From Octopus vulgaris (lineage: Eukaryota), in the NCBI GenBank assembly GCA_951406725.2, contig OX597824.1, positions 21,266,001 through 21,330,000 of the forward strand: DNA of 64,000 nt, in the 5' to 3' direction. The translations under genes were made by a program, and so were the position numbers. Under the pieces are notes generated by a model. It ran no database searches, was not told where the DNA came from, and saw nothing but the letters and a program-made list of their open reading frames with translations. The stretch's first letter is position 1. Every line of letters starts with the position of its first letter. Shown piece after piece: positions 1 through 12,892 of the stretch.

Positions 1-149
1 TTGACACGTAATCACAGGGATGTGAGTTTGCGTCTTATGGCTGTCCGGTAACATATTTTTCTGCAATGTATGGATAATTTATCCTGATCATGCTATTTAT
101 TAGCATTATTACATGTTTGAGAACAAAAAAATTTATTTCTGTATCTTTC

Positions 150-712
150 AATACATCTCAACACTTCTAAAACAGACTTTGTTTATTTTCATTGTAATTA
201 GAAATAGGTATGTCTATATCTTTCCCCATATCATTTTATTGTGCCCGCAGGCTGGTATATTTGTTTGTACGAAATATAGTAAATTTTTCAATTATAAAAT
301 TTATACAATATTCATATGCCTATTTGCGACATAGGTCGTGCTTCCACTATGACTTAAAATGGTTAGACTCAAACAGAAATTCATTTGATAATTGCCATTT
401 GAATGGAAATTTTGTTTTCACTATGAAACACATATTGCTAGGTTTGTACCACCCCCTTGAGACCCAATTACACTCTGGCTGAAAAATAAAGAATACCTCA
501 TGAGTAATATAAATGTCCTAAATTCAATGGTGGCATTAATGAAGATGTTATGTGTTAATTTAATGTGTTAAACTTATCTTTATTAATGTATATCAAATTA
601 TACATAGATATATACAAGGTTTACACAGAGTTGGAACTTGTGATACGCCCATGAACCTTTTTCTTTGGAAATTTTTACCTGCCGCACTAAAAAGTTTCCC
701 CACCCCAGCCCA
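150..712 (-). mobile_element. Decayed 5' end of a Charlie/SPIN-type hAT DNA transposon
   Basis: Minus strand reads GCTGGGGTGGGGAAACTTTT at ~710, resembling a Charlie-type terminus. Broken frames at ~270-420 read ENK..FKWQ..EFLF..RPMSQI..KFYN*KIYY, resembling the SPIN/GTF2IRD2-type transposase N-terminus. Confidence 0.4.
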
Positions 713-897
713 ATATATATAAATTTTTTGAATGAAGTTCCTTGTGATGTTTGTTCTGCACCAAGTTACAAACACTTCCCTGTCACTTTCTCCATAACAA
801 TAAATTCAATGAACCAATAATGGCCCTGTTTGGAAATTATATAACTAACAACACCATTGTTTACCGATTTGCAATATATAACAATATTATAAATAAA

Positions 898-1288
898 CTA
901 GCAGTATCGCCCAGCGTTGCTTGGGTTTGTTTTGACCCTTTAGAATTGGAATTTTTGAAAAGTAAAAATTTTGCATTATCTAGCTTGTTATTCTCTTAAA
1001 TGAACATTTTTCTGGTTGAAATACACCAAAAAATGGCTGCACAGCAGTCAAAAAATTGTAAAAAATAGGGATTTTCATAGAAAAAATGCACCTTTTTGAT
1101 GTAAATAATTTTTGGTGTTAACATGGTCCGATTTGAATTTTTTCTTCTACAGAAGGAAGAGCAAGCCTTCTTCTATCATACTCTCAATTTTGGTCAACTT
1201 GCACCCCAGGGTCTCGGAGGAGATAGTGTTAGATGAAGGTTACCAAACCTGCCATACACAGACAACTTCAGCTTCATATATAGAGAGA
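898..1288 (-). mobile_element. Non-autonomous Helitron H1
   Basis: Minus strand: 5' TCTCTCTATATAT, 3' hairpin CCCAAGCAACGCTGGG, then GATACTGCTAG. Inserted between A and T with no TSD. Near-identical to 2681-3075 and 62443-62794. Confidence 0.85.
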
Positions 1289-1628
1289 TATATATGAAAT
1301 AGTTCACCTATTTCATACATATATATTCCACAGAAATCTGTTGGTTTCACAAGTAAAAATTTCCTTTTGTAACCTTCAAGGATTTGTTTCCACTACCAAA
1401 ATATTATTTGGTTTATCTTCAGAATTCTAATTCTTCATTTCAAATTTAATCAAATGAATATGTCATATCTCATAGGCTTGTATTGTATATTTTTATTCAT
1501 GTCTTACTGGAGGCTCCTTAAGGGTTTTCGCTTCATGGAAAAATTTCAGAAAAGCAATGGAGGAATGGAGGGATATTAACTGTTTTGAATAAATATAACT
1601 GCTCTTACTTAGAAAAAAAGAAAAAAAA

Positions 1629-2054
1629 GGCTGTCTGGTAAGTAGCCTTGCTTACCAACCACATGATTCCGGGTTCATTCCCACTGCGTGGCACCTTGGG
1701 CAACTGTCTTCTACTATAGCCTCGGGCCGACCAAAGCCTTGTGAGTGAATTTGGTAGACGGAAACTGAAAGAAGCCCGTCGTATATATATATATATATAT
1801 ACACATATACATACATATATGTATGAGTGAGTATATGTTTGTATGTCTGTATTTGTCACCCGAACATCGCTTGACATCCGATGCTGGTGTGTTTATGTCC
1901 CATGACTTAGCGATTCGGCAAAAAGGACTCATAGAACAAGTACTAGGCTTACAAAGAATAAGTCTTGGGATCGATTTGCTCGACTAAAGGCGGTGCTCCA
2001 GCATGGCTGCAGTCAAATGACTGAAACAAGTAAAGGAGTAAAAGAGTAAAGAGT
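1629..2054 (+). mobile_element. SINE family A (tRNA-like head, CORE-like CCTTGGGCAA segment, internal (TA)n/(TG)n, (GTAAAAGA)n tail)
   Basis: A/B-box-like head TGGTAAGTAG..GGTTCATTCCC. More than 15 homologous copies in the window. Short-repeat tail. Confidence 0.9.
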
Positions 2055-2063
2055 ATATATTAA

Positions 2064-2396
2064 GACCCCCTTCGGTCATGAATGACCATGGGATTGCACC
2101 TAGAAAGTTACCCTCCTAGACACAAGTCCGGGCAAGGTTGTTTATGGAAGGCTAGCAGTCGCCCATGCATACCAGCCTCCCCTCTCCACGCCACCAGTGT
2201 TATCCAAGGGAAAGACAAAGGTCGATACAGCTTGGCACCAGTGACGTCGCAACTCATTTCTACAGCTGAGTGAGCTGGAGCAACGTGAAATAAAGTGCCT
2301 TGCTCGAGAACACAACACGCAGCCCGGTCCGGGATTCGAGCTCACAACCTCACGATCGCAAGCTCGACGCTCTAACCACTGAGCCATGCGCCTTCA
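2064..2396 (-). mobile_element. SINE family R, subfamily R2 (tRNA-Arg-like head)
   Basis: Head GAAGGCGCATGGCTCAGTGGTTAGAGCGTCGAGC..CTCGAATCCCGG. Homologous to 19203-19541 and 63226-63561. Confidence 0.9.
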
Positions 2397-2680
2397 TATA
2401 AAGAAAGAAATTCTAAGTAAAATTGTTTGTGAGACTAAATTTTCTGAATGTTGTCACATGTGGTTGCAATTTATTACATATTGTAGGCAGGACTTTTTTT
2501 GCAATGCTTCACTTGAGATTTTCTAAAGCATGAACATCTCAGAATTTCAAATTAAACTGAACCCCCCCCCCCCCCCACAGAGTAGACCAATCAGAGAATA
2601 ATTTTTATTTGCTGTGAGACTGTTTTAGAACCCGACCCACCAATTATTAAAACCACAAATGTTTTACTTTTAATTATTTA

Positions 2681-3075
2681 CTAGCAGTATTGCCTGGCGT
2701 TGCTTGGGTTTGTTTCAACCCTTTAGAATTGGAATTTTTGAAAAGTAAAAATTTTCCATTATGTAGCTTGTTATTCTCTTTAAGTGAACATTTTTCTGAT
2801 TGAAATACACCGAAAAATGGCGACACACCAGTCAAAAAAATTGTAAAAAATAGGGATTTTCATAGAAAAAAAAAGCACCTTTTTGATGTAAATAATTTTT
2901 GGTGTTAACATGGTCCGATTTGAATTTTTTCTTCTATGGAAGGAAGAGCAAGCCTTCTTCTATCATACTCTCAATTTTGGTCAACTTGCGCCGCAGGGTC
3001 TCGGAGGAGATAGTGTTAGATGAAGGCTACCAAACCTGCCACACACAGACAACTTCAGCTTTATATATAGAGAGA
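2681..3075 (-). mobile_element. Non-autonomous Helitron H2
   Basis: TC start, subterminal hairpin, CTAG end, A|T target. Same family as H1. Confidence 0.85.
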
Positions 3076-3885
3076 TTCATTACCAAGAATCATAGAATAG
3101 TTAGTTGGTTTTTGTATTTTTCAAAAGTGTTTTACATATGCTCTTGTGTGTAAAGTTTTGTAAGATGTGTCTAAAGGCAATATGTTATTTTCGTTCCTCT
3201 TCAATGCAGGTCGAGCTAAGTCTACCAGACGACCAACCTTGTGACACCTTTGTATTTTTTTATCTGTTTAGTTTATTCTGTGAATTTTCTATTGCTAAGG
3301 CTGCTGTTGCAAACGTAACGACAACAAAATGAAAAAGAAAAAATTTATGAAGTTATATATACAGAGGTGTTATAGATATATATATACATCCAACTTGTAG
3401 TTGCATATTTTGTTGATTAAATTCCATGGGTTTAAGTTGTAGTTTTTTCTAAAGTTGCCATGGTGTGTCACAGTTTTCAGGTTGATTAATTCATTTGAAA
3501 GTTCTTCGCTATTTACATCAGCGTTGCAAATTTCTACAAATGTCATGCACTTTGTGGTCAAAAGATTTTTCAATACAGAAAAGTACTGCCAGAAGAATGA
3601 AGCAGAATCGGAAATTTTCTTTGAAGTTTCAAATAACAGAATCAACAGTGACACACAAAAAAAAAAAAAAAGCAAAAACAGAAGTCTGAGATAATGATTC
3701 TACATGTGTGCCAGGATTCTTTGTCTAGTTTACATCATTTGTCTGTCTGGTTCTCATCAAAAGTTTCTTTCATTTTCTATCATTCAGTTTTGAGTAAATT
3801 TCTACTCGCAGACTTCTCGTGACATATTTTGATCCTGTCAGCAGAGTGTGAAATTGATCTTGCGGTTTCTGCAGATTTTCTTTGA

Positions 3886-4128
3886 AAAAAAGCACCAACC
3901 GATCGTGGCCGCTGCCAGCCTCCCCTGGTACCTGTGCCGGTGGCACGTAAAAAGCACCCACTACACTCACGGAGTGGTTGGCGTTAGGAAAAGCATCCAG
4001 CTGTAGAAACGCTGCCAGATCAGACTGGGGCCTGGTGGGGCCTCCATGGCTTACCAGACCCCAGTCAAATCATCCAACCCATGCTAGCATGGGAAATGGA
4101 TGTTAAACGATGATGATGATGATGATGA
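3886..4128 (+). mobile_element. Family G: RTE-type 3' end / RTE-related SINE with (GAT)n tail
   Basis: GTGGCACGTAAAAAGCACCC..GGTTGGCGTTAGGAA.GCATCCAGCTGTAGAAA..GTTAAACGATGATGAT. More than 10 variably 5'-truncated copies. Confidence 0.85.
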
Positions 4129-4386
4129 TTTCAATGTTGTCCTCTTCTGTATCAACAGTGACATTTCTTACATATAAAAAACCATGTTGCAGATATTAAT
4201 GGGAGCAACAACGTTGAAACAGACGGATAACACGAGTGCATATCTGACAGAGAATGTATACTTAATAGCCCTTGTTGCTTCACTTTTAGCCTCTGGTAGC
4301 AGATTAAATTTCAAAATGTCCTCCTGGGACAATTTGATTGTATTGAGATTTGATGTAAAAGATTTTACACTCCCATTCTTGCTGCT

Positions 4387-4757
4387 TTGTTTGTTGAGCG
4401 AAGCGGTTTTCATCCCATTAGTGGGAGAAGTCCGAAACGTGGTCCTTTGCTATTCGTAAGACCCGCAGAAGAGAAAGCATGTCAACCCCCGACACCGAGA
4501 GCATCAACGGATGGATGAATGCGCATCCAGGCTCAGCGGTTGCATAGGAAGTCGGGGACAAGAAACAGGAAGAAAGAGTAAGAGAAAGTTGGGGCGAAAG
4601 AGTACAACAGGTTTCACCACCCACCCCTGCCGGAGCCTTGTGGAGCTTTAGATGTTTTCACCCAATAAACACACACAACGCCCAGTCTGGGAATCGAAAC
4701 CGTGATCCTCCGATCGCGAGTCCGCTGCCCTAACCACTGGGCCATTGCACCGCCACC
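4387..4757 (-). mobile_element. SINE family R with a distinct 3' tail
   Basis: tRNA-like head TGGCCCAGTGGTTAGGGCAGCGGACTCGCG..GGTTTCGATTCCC. Flanked by the 14-bp TSD CCATTCTTGCTGCT. Confidence 0.9.
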
Positions 4758-6132
4758 ATTCTTGCTGCTCATCAGGTTGTTTACCTATGATGCAATGGCT
4801 GAGCGGCTGTAGAATTTGCTGTCTGTTTGGACTATAGGAAAATATACGGACACTTTTGTACAGCATTCTACTGAATTTGCGTTACATAATTCAATGTATA
4901 GCATCCACATTGTGAGAAAATAGCTAGAGGAATTTCATTATTATCCTTTTTATCCTCTTGTTATTGGCTGCTATATTGGCACCATTGTCACATCTTTGAA
5001 CCAGCCTTGCCATCTTCCAAGAGAATGCTATTTTTACTTAATGTTTCCTTTATCAGGTTTGCAATCTCAAAATCTGCTTTATTACAATAGTTTTCACAAG
5101 TTAGAAATCTTTTGAATCTTGAACCCATAATCTATATTTCGGAGATAATGCATGATAAATATTGTCTGCCTAGCATATGTGGAGTCAGGTGTTGCTTCAG
5201 CTAAATGATATTTTACCTTTGAACTGTGTTTCAGAGAATAGATGCTTCAAAGCGAGATCAGCACAAAGAGAAATAAGTGAATTTTGCGATTCAGCTGATA
5301 AATAAAGTAGTTGCAGCCTACCTCTTTTCTCACTTCTTTTCTCTGACATTCCCGAAAAGGGTCCCAATTATGGGATCCCATTGAGACTAAAGTTCAACCA
5401 GCCCCAAAGAATTTACCATTGGGAGCATAACCAATCAGCTGAGACTTTTTAAGGATTGTCAACCTTTTTTTCTCTCCAAATTAAAACAATGTCAATTCAA
5501 CGGAGTAAAGATTTATCCAGTTAATTTTCCTCTTTCCTACAATTTCTTAGTTTGTTGATGCAGAAAGTGTTCTATGCATGTCTTTGAATGAATTATTCGT
5601 TTGAGCTCTCTCGGTGCTATGTAATTCAGTTTCCGTTGCTTACTACATTTATGCTCAAAAATTATGTCTGATAATTTCCTTGATTTTTCTGTGGCAGACT
5701 ATCCATCCATTCTCTGTTCTTAAGTTGATGCATTACTTCCACCTTTTCCAAAGAGTCAAAATAGTAAAGAAAACATGGCCCTTTTCTTGATATACCACAC
5801 AAGCCATTCTCCTTCAGAAATTACACTGTTGTGAGCCCTGTATTTAAATATGCCACCTGGTAAAACTTGCTGTTTATTATCACTTAGAAGTGTTTTGAGT
5901 AAGGAAATATGTCCTTCTGACACGCATTTTCTAGTATTTTTTTGCATTTCTTTGTATTAAATTTCAAGAACCAAATCCATCCCATATGTTATTGATGTGT
6001 TCTAGTTGTATTCTTTTCACTTCCAGGTGTGATTTCTTTGAATTCTGGGGTTTAGATGAAATCATTTTGTTTTCAGTTCTTGAACAGATGGTTCAGTTTC
6101 TACTGATAAGTATTCATCATTTAGCTTTTTGG

Positions 6133-6458
6133 TGGAGGCACATGGTCTAGTGGTTAGAGCAGCTTTTCCATCAAATCATATGAAGAGGAGGCACATGGCC
6201 TAGTGGTTAGAGTGGTTTGAATCTCAGACCGGGCGATGTGTGTGTTTATGAGTGAAACACTTAAGCTCCACGTGGCTCTGGCAGAAGGTAATGGCGAACT
6301 TCTGCTGACTCTTTCGCCACAACTTTCTATCACTCTTTCCTCCTGCATCTTGCAGCCTACCTGCGATGGCCCAGCGTCCCATCCAGGTGGGGAACCTATA
6401 TGCCAAGGAAACCGGGAAACCGGCCCTTATGAGCCAGGCATGGCTCGAGAAGGAAGTA
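6133..6458 (+). mobile_element. SINE family R (head-only fragment 6133-6163, then near-full copy 6187-6458)
   Basis: GGAGGCACATGGCCTAGTGGTTAGAG head. Body matches 28480-28778, 32903-33203 and 59326-59630. Confidence 0.9.
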
Positions 6459-7397
6459 ATAACTAATTCGGTCACGACTTCTTTCTTTTGTGTTCTCATT
6501 CATCTCTTGCTTTTCTTTCTCTTTGCTTCTGTGCCGTGGACTTCTGTGTATGAAGACTTCTATCTTTGCTTTGCACCGATATGATTAAGACTTGTGTTGG
6601 AAATTAACAGAATGTGTGTAGGGAATTCAACATCGATGACTAATATATATGACATTTTTTATTTCAAAGAAACCACAGAAAGAGTATAAGGAAATTGTCA
6701 TGGGTTGAGGAATTTCCAACATTTCAGGGTAAAATTGACAGGTTGGGAGAAGTAAAAAAAAAATAGGTGGCAGTATTTTAGATCATCTATGTTTATAGAA
6801 AAAAGACCCCTTCTGATCTAGATTTGTAGAATTATGCAGTAACAATTACGCAGCACACTTATAAGAATGTGAATTTTAAATACTACAGAATTCAGATAAG
6901 AATTCCAACCATGTTTTGTGGTTTGCTACCTCAACTGCTCCTTTATAGGATCCAGTGGCTAAAGACATCATCAGGAGGAACCACATCCAGTTTCGGCCCC
7001 TACTCCTTTACCGTTTTTGATGTGGCGGCCCCTATACTTTCAGAGGTGTCTTTAGCTTTGGCATTGAGTGTGATTTTTTTCTTTCTCCTTTTTTCTTTTT
7101 TTCTTTGCTTTCTTTGATGCAGTAATTTCTGAGCTTAATTTACAACATCAATCAAAGCAGAAATTTGCATAAATGCATTTATGTATGTACATAGAAAGAT
7201 CTTCCTTATTTACAAAGTTAATTGAATAATGTGTTGTTGGAAACACAGATATTTGTTTTACAAAGTCAAGTGGATAATTTGTCTTGTCAGAAGAAGTGTT
7301 ATTTTGCAATTCTTTTGACACGGATGTGCCTTGCATTCAGACTAGCTGAACAAGACTAAGTTCAGTATTGTAGAAAATAACTTCATTTCAATATTAA

Positions 7398-7998
7398 GGC
7401 GGCAAGCTGGCAGAAACGTTAGCATGCCGGGCGAAATGCTTGGCGGTATTTTGTCTGCTGCTACGTTCTGGGTTCAAATTCTGCCGAGGTCGACTTTGCC
7501 TTTCATCCTTTCGGGGTCAATAAATTAAGTACCAGTTAAGCTCTGGGGTTGATGTAATCGACTTAATACTTATGTCTGTCCTTGTTTGTCCCCTCTATGT
7601 TTAGCTCCTTGTGGGTAATAAAGAAATAGGTATTTCATCTGCCGCTACGTTCTGAGTTCAAATTCCCAAGAGGTTGACTTTGCCTTTCATCCTTTCAGGG
7701 TCGATAAATTAAGTACCAGTTAAGCACTGGGATCGATATAATCGACTTAATCCCTTTGTCTGTCCTTATTTGTCTCCTCTGTGTTTAGCCCCTTGTGGGC
7801 AATAAAGAAATAAGTATTTCATCTGCCGCTACGTTCTGAGTTCAAATTCCGCCGAGGTTGACTTTGCCTTTCATCCTTTCGGGGTTGATAAATTAAGTAC
7901 CAGTTAAGCACTGGGCTCGATGTAATCGACTTAATCCCTTTGTCTGTCCTTGTTTGTCCCCTCTGTGTTTAGCCCCTTGTGGGCAATAAAGAAATAAG
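7398..7998 (+). mobile_element. SINE family M, trimeric array (head plus three ~183-bp units)
   Basis: GGCGGCAAGCTGGCAGAA head. GACTTTGCCTTTCATCCTTTCGGGGTCGATAAATTAAGTACCAG central domain repeated three times. Candidate TSD AACTTCATTT.AAT. Confidence 0.9.
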
Positions 7999-8530
7999 AT
8001 AGATAGAACTTCATTTGAATGTCTTTGAATTACTGTTCATTTTAGGGTGACACATGTGCTTGAAGGCCATGGCACCGAAGTAGATGAAGATGACGTTCAC
8101 AACATTGCCTAAAGATTCCTTATTCAGCTTTAACACTTATCCTGTTTGCTGGTGTATAGGGCATTTTTTTGTACTCTTAAACATACCAAAAATATTAACC
8201 ATGCATCTTATGTGACTGCATTGTGGACAGGATTTTGAATATATGAGAGTATGATGAAACATTAGATTTGTTTGTTCCCACAAGGGTTTGCCTTATATGA
8301 GGATATGTCTTAGACACTGGCAAAGACAGACCATGATTTGAAGCAGTTTATTCTGTTTTGGCCTTTGTATGAAAAATGAGTGGGAGAGGTCAGTTGCTAG
8401 ATTCATCTTGGGACGAGTAAATTCAACCAAAAGCCAGTAATGTAGTTTTTCTGAATGGGTGGGGTGGGGGGGAAAGTGGGTCAAAGACTAGTTTCTGCTT
8501 GGCTGAAATTTCCTATTGGCTAAAATAACA

Positions 8531-8742
8531 CAGGTGAGAAAACAATGAAACAAAATGTGTCAGCTGTGAAATGGAGTCACTACACAGGTGTGAAGTTCTT
8601 GCTGAAGAGGATTGCATAAATAAAGGGTATAATTTTTAAACGAGCATTAATTATTGAACTCAGTTTGTCCTCTCTTGGAAGTCATGATATGCATCTGCTT
8701 ATTGGATACACATGTGAAAACTGACTGACTACAGGACAAGTG
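8531..8742. promoter_or_regulatory. Candidate enhancer-like cluster of E-boxes
   Basis: Seven CANNTG matches (two overlapping) in 212 bp of non-repeat sequence, plus AACAATG, TGCATAAAT and TTAATTA. Motif evidence only. Confidence 0.3.
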
Positions 8743-8743
8743 A

Positions 8744-8845
8744 GGGGAGAGAGAGAGAGAGGGAGGGAGGGAGAGAGAGAGGGGGAGAAAAAGAGAGAGG
8801 GGGAGAGAGAGACAGGGAGAGAGAGAGAAAGAGAGAGAGAGAGAG
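8744..8845. repeat. (GA)n purine tract
   Basis: Imperfect GA/GGGA repeat. Confidence 0.95.
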
Positions 8846-9616
8846 AATTCAATAATGAATGTGTCTCAGCTTACTCATTCAGAGTAGCATTACAACTTGA
8901 CTAATGCTTTGTTTTGTGAATTAGGGGTCAGTGTAGTGTAGCACACCCTATAATATTATTTCAAAATATTCTGAAGCAGTATTTGTGGGACCACGGATCT
9001 CTTATAGGTTGAAAGCACTGCCCCACTTTTTTTTAATATCTGTTTTTTTTTTCCGTGCTAGCACGGGTCAGACAAATATATATTATTGAGGCGTTGTTTT
9101 ACAGCTGGTTGCTTTTCCTGTCACTAACCCTTACCTGTTTCTCAAATGAGGGATATCTTATTTCATACATCTTCAAATGCAGCTCAATCAGCTGGTAAAA
9201 ATGTATAATCCCGTGACAGACTGATGTCCTGTCCAAGAAGGAATATATACGCCAGAGAAACTAGGTAACCAGCTCTATGCTCCTTACGGAGTGATGTGGA
9301 CTAACTACTTATTCTATTGTTCGCTTTTGTCAAGCCACTAAGTTACAGGAATGTAAACAAACCAGCTGGTTGTCAAACGATGGAGAGAGGACAAACGTAA
9401 AGACACCCACCCACACATACATGTATCTATATATGTATGAAGGGCTTCCACTGTTTCTATCTTCTAAATTCTCTCACAAAGCATTGCTTGGTCTGAGGCT
9501 ATAATAGAAGACACTTGGTACGGCTGCACAGTGAGATGGAACCCCAAACCACTTGTTTGCAAAGCAGGCTCCTTAACCACATGGCCACGAATGTGCTAAT
9601 ATATAAATATTTATTA

Positions 9617-10229
9617 GGGCGGTGAGCTGATAGAATCGTTAGCACGCTGGGCGAAATACTTAGCGCTATTTCGTCTGTCGTTACATTCTGAGTTCAAATT
9701 CCGCCGAGGTTGACTTTGCCTTTCATCCTTTCAGGGTTGATTAAATAAATACCAGTTACGTACTGGAGTCGATGTAATTGACTTAATTCCTTTCTCTGTC
9801 CTTGTTTGTCCCCTCTATGTTTAGCCCTTTGTGGGCAATAAAGAAATAAGAAACGTTAGCACGTCGGGTGAAATGCTTAGTGGTATTTCGTCTGCCGCTA
9901 CGTTCTGAGTTCAAATTCTGCTAGGTCGACTTTGCCTTTCATCCTTTCCGGGTCGATTAAATAAGTACCAGTTACACACTGGGATCGATGTAATTGACTC
10001 AATCTGTTTATCCTTGTTTCTCCCCTCTGTGTTTAGCTCCTTGTGGGTAGTAAAGAAATGGGTATTTCGTATGTATTTATGTTTTGAGTTCAAATTCCGC
10101 CGAGGTTGACTTTGCCTTTCATCCTTTTAGGGTCAATAAATTAAGTAGCAGTTGCATATTGGGGTTGATCTAATCGGCTGGCCACCTCCCCCAAAATTTT
10201 TATGCCTTGTGCCTAGAGTAGAAAAGAAT
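9617..10229 (+). mobile_element. SINE family M multimer ending in the alternative tail (..GTGCCTAGAGTAGAAAAGAAT)
   Basis: Three central domains. A single TSD, AATATATAAATATT, flanks the whole array. Confidence 0.9.
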
Positions 10230-10479
10230 ATATAAATATTATATATCAGATAAATGTGTTTTACAGGTTATATAAATATTTTCATACATTTTCTCTGGTA
10301 TTCATAATTTGAGCACAAATGCTGTTCTGTTTCATAAATAACATTTGGTTTCTAATTTGTTTTTCTGCGACACAACGAGATTTAAGCAAGATTAAATTTT
10401 GAATTAGTTCTTTCTGTATTGCACCTGCCCTTCGGTTGGTTTGCTACGATGCTATCACCTCGTTAATACTCCATAGGTA

Positions 10480-10545
10480 CGTGTGTATATATATGTGTGT
10501 GTGTGTATGTATCTATGTATGTTTTTATGCATGCACCTATATATA

Positions 10546-10588
<43 letters not shown>

Positions 10589-10786
10589 GTATGTATATAC
10601 ATGTATTTGTACATGTATGTTTACATATATATGTATATACATGTATTTGTACATGTATGTTTACATATACATATATATATACATGTGTATATGTGTGTGT
10701 GTGTGTGTATGTGTGTGTGTGTGTATAAGGTGTCAGTTGTTGATTTAGTGTTTTATGCTTGTAAGGTATGTGCATATTCATTCAGA

Positions 10787-10819
<33 letters not shown>

Positions 10820-10860
10820 CACACACACACACACACACAAACACGCACACACATGCATGC
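10480..10860. repeat. Compound (TA)n/(TG)n/(CA)n microsatellite block
   Basis: Direct inspection; source of the spurious YIYI/VCVC ORFs. Confidence 0.95.
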
Positions 10861-11261
10861 ATTAGCTGAAGGCATTGACGTGGCATATTTGAGATTAAAT
10901 TTGTAAACAGATTTGCAACCATATGTTTAATAAAACATATATTTAACCTGTCTGCGAAAACAGATGCTGTGGTTTAACTGCAGGACTTTCAGCAACCAAA
11001 GAGGAAGATGGATCAACTGGTTTCAGCTTCTGTTATAGGCATAGGCATGGCTGTATGCGTTTCCTGGTCATGTGGGTTCTGGTTTAGTCACCCTGCGTGG
11101 CGCCTTGGCGAAGGCCAGGGACGAGTGTCTTCTGCTACAGCCTTGGCTCAGTCATAGCCTTGTGAGTGAATTTGGTTGACAGAAACCAAAAGAAGCTCAT
11201 TGTATGTATGTGTGTGTGTGTGTTTGTTTATGTTTGTACTCTGTGTAAGCTATGAGTAATG

Positions 11262-11660
11262 TTCTTTCGTACTCTAGGCACAAGGCCAGAAATTTTGGGG
11301 GAGAGGGCCAGTCGATTACATCGACCCTAGTATGCAACTGGTACTTAATTTATTGACCCCAAAAGGATGAAAGGCAAAGTCAACCTCTGCAGAATTTGAA
11401 CTCAGAATGTAAAGACAGACGAAATACCTATTTCTTTACTACCCACAAGGGGCTAAACACAGAGAGGACAAACAAGGACAGACAAACCGATTAAGTCGAT
11501 TATATGAACCCCAGTGCGCAACTGGTACTTATTTAATTGACCCCGAAAGGATGAAAGGCAAAGTTGATCTCGACAGAATTTGAACTCAGAACATAACGGC
11601 AGACGAAATACGGCTATGCATTTTGCCCGGTGTGCTAGCGTTTCTGCCAGCTTGTCGCCT
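11262..11660 (-). mobile_element. SINE family M dimer
   Basis: Reverse complement of head plus two central domains. Confidence 0.9.
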
Positions 11661-11830
11661 TTGGGTAATGTTGTTGTCATGCATCTCCTGTCAAGATGTC
11701 ATCCTCTGACCACATACCTCTGGAGATGTGCCAGGTAAGAAGTCCCTTACTTAAAAAACAGGTAAGGGTTACCAACAGGAAGGACCTCTGACTGTAAAAC
11801 ATTGCCTTAATAATATATTCATCTAACCAA

Positions 11831-12040
11831 GGCGGTAAGCTGGCAGAATCGTTAGCACGTGGGGTGAAATGCTTAGCAGTACTTTGTCTTTATGTCCTGA
11901 GTTCTAATTCCACCGAGGTCAACTTGCCTTTCATCCTTTCAGGGTTGATAAATTAAGTACCCGTTGCATACTGGGGTTGATCTAATCGACTGGCCTCTTC
12001 CCCCAAAATTTCGTGCCTCGTGCCTAGAGTAGAAAAGAAT
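11831..12040 (+). mobile_element. SINE family M monomer
   Basis: TSD AATATATTCATCTAACC on both sides. Confidence 0.9.
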
Positions 12041-12892
12041 ATATTCATCTAACCCATGCTAACCTGGAAAAACAGACATAAAACAAACAAAGATTGAATG
12101 AACTAAATGAGATATTTGGTTACTTCCTCCTATTTGTTGAGAGAACACACTATATGTTGCAATCATTTTAAAATGTAAATATTATGTTATGCACTGCCAT
12201 GCAAATAAAGTTGGGCCTCTCTGATCACATTTACATTTAATATTTTTCATAAAGTAGTCCGTAAAAAGATTATGATCCTTCAACAACCAGGGGAAAAATA
12301 ATCAAATCCTTTGAAATCATTAATGGAAGTTGGATGTAGTTGATGCAGTTTTACTTCCTGCTTGCTGAGATTCTCGTGCTTTTAACAACAGGGTCAGTTT
12401 TTACTTTGAAACAGCAAATGTATAAAGATAATGTAGTGATGTAGCTAGAGTGTGTTCCACCCATGGCAGCCCCTGAGTCGCTGTCCCTTTTCCTCCTGTA
12501 CCGGGTTATTTGGTAAATTCAAAAGTGCTGCCTCGGTAAAAGCTTTGCTTGGGGCAGACTGCCCCCATCGTCCTTCCCCAGGTATGCTACTGGGCATAAC
12601 CATGTCTATTAATTAGGTTGCTGATATAAGTTGAGGAGTGGTTTTTTACTTCTCCCCACCCCTGGCTTTCGATAATTGATGTATTTGCTCTCATTTTGTT
12701 GAACTGCTCAGTTATGCAATACAATCATAAACAACACCAGTTTTAAGACTAAATATAAATGGACATGAACATACACATATACATACATGCATGCATGTAT
12801 ATATATATATGTATTTATATATATATATATATATGTATGTATATATGTGTGTATGTATATATATATATATATAATGTATGTATATATGTGTG

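Larger units (their letters stand above)
3120..6560 (-). pseudogene. Fossil hAT transposase (ZMYM1-like, TTF zinc-finger type), interrupted by retroposon insertions
   Basis: Collinear degenerate motifs on the minus strand: GTEAKRKK (~6510), GEWLVWYIKKRAMF (TTF zinc finger, ~5790), NGKF/LGLVEL*SQWDP (~5390), EATPDSTYARQ (D-TPD-S-EQ, ~5180), QRCDNGANI (~4980), AIFSQCGCYTLN (CxxH position, ~4900), EAKSEATRAIKY (~4270), EELSNELINLK (~3490) and a dimerisation-like end (~3150-3300). Many stops and frameshifts. Confidence 0.8.
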
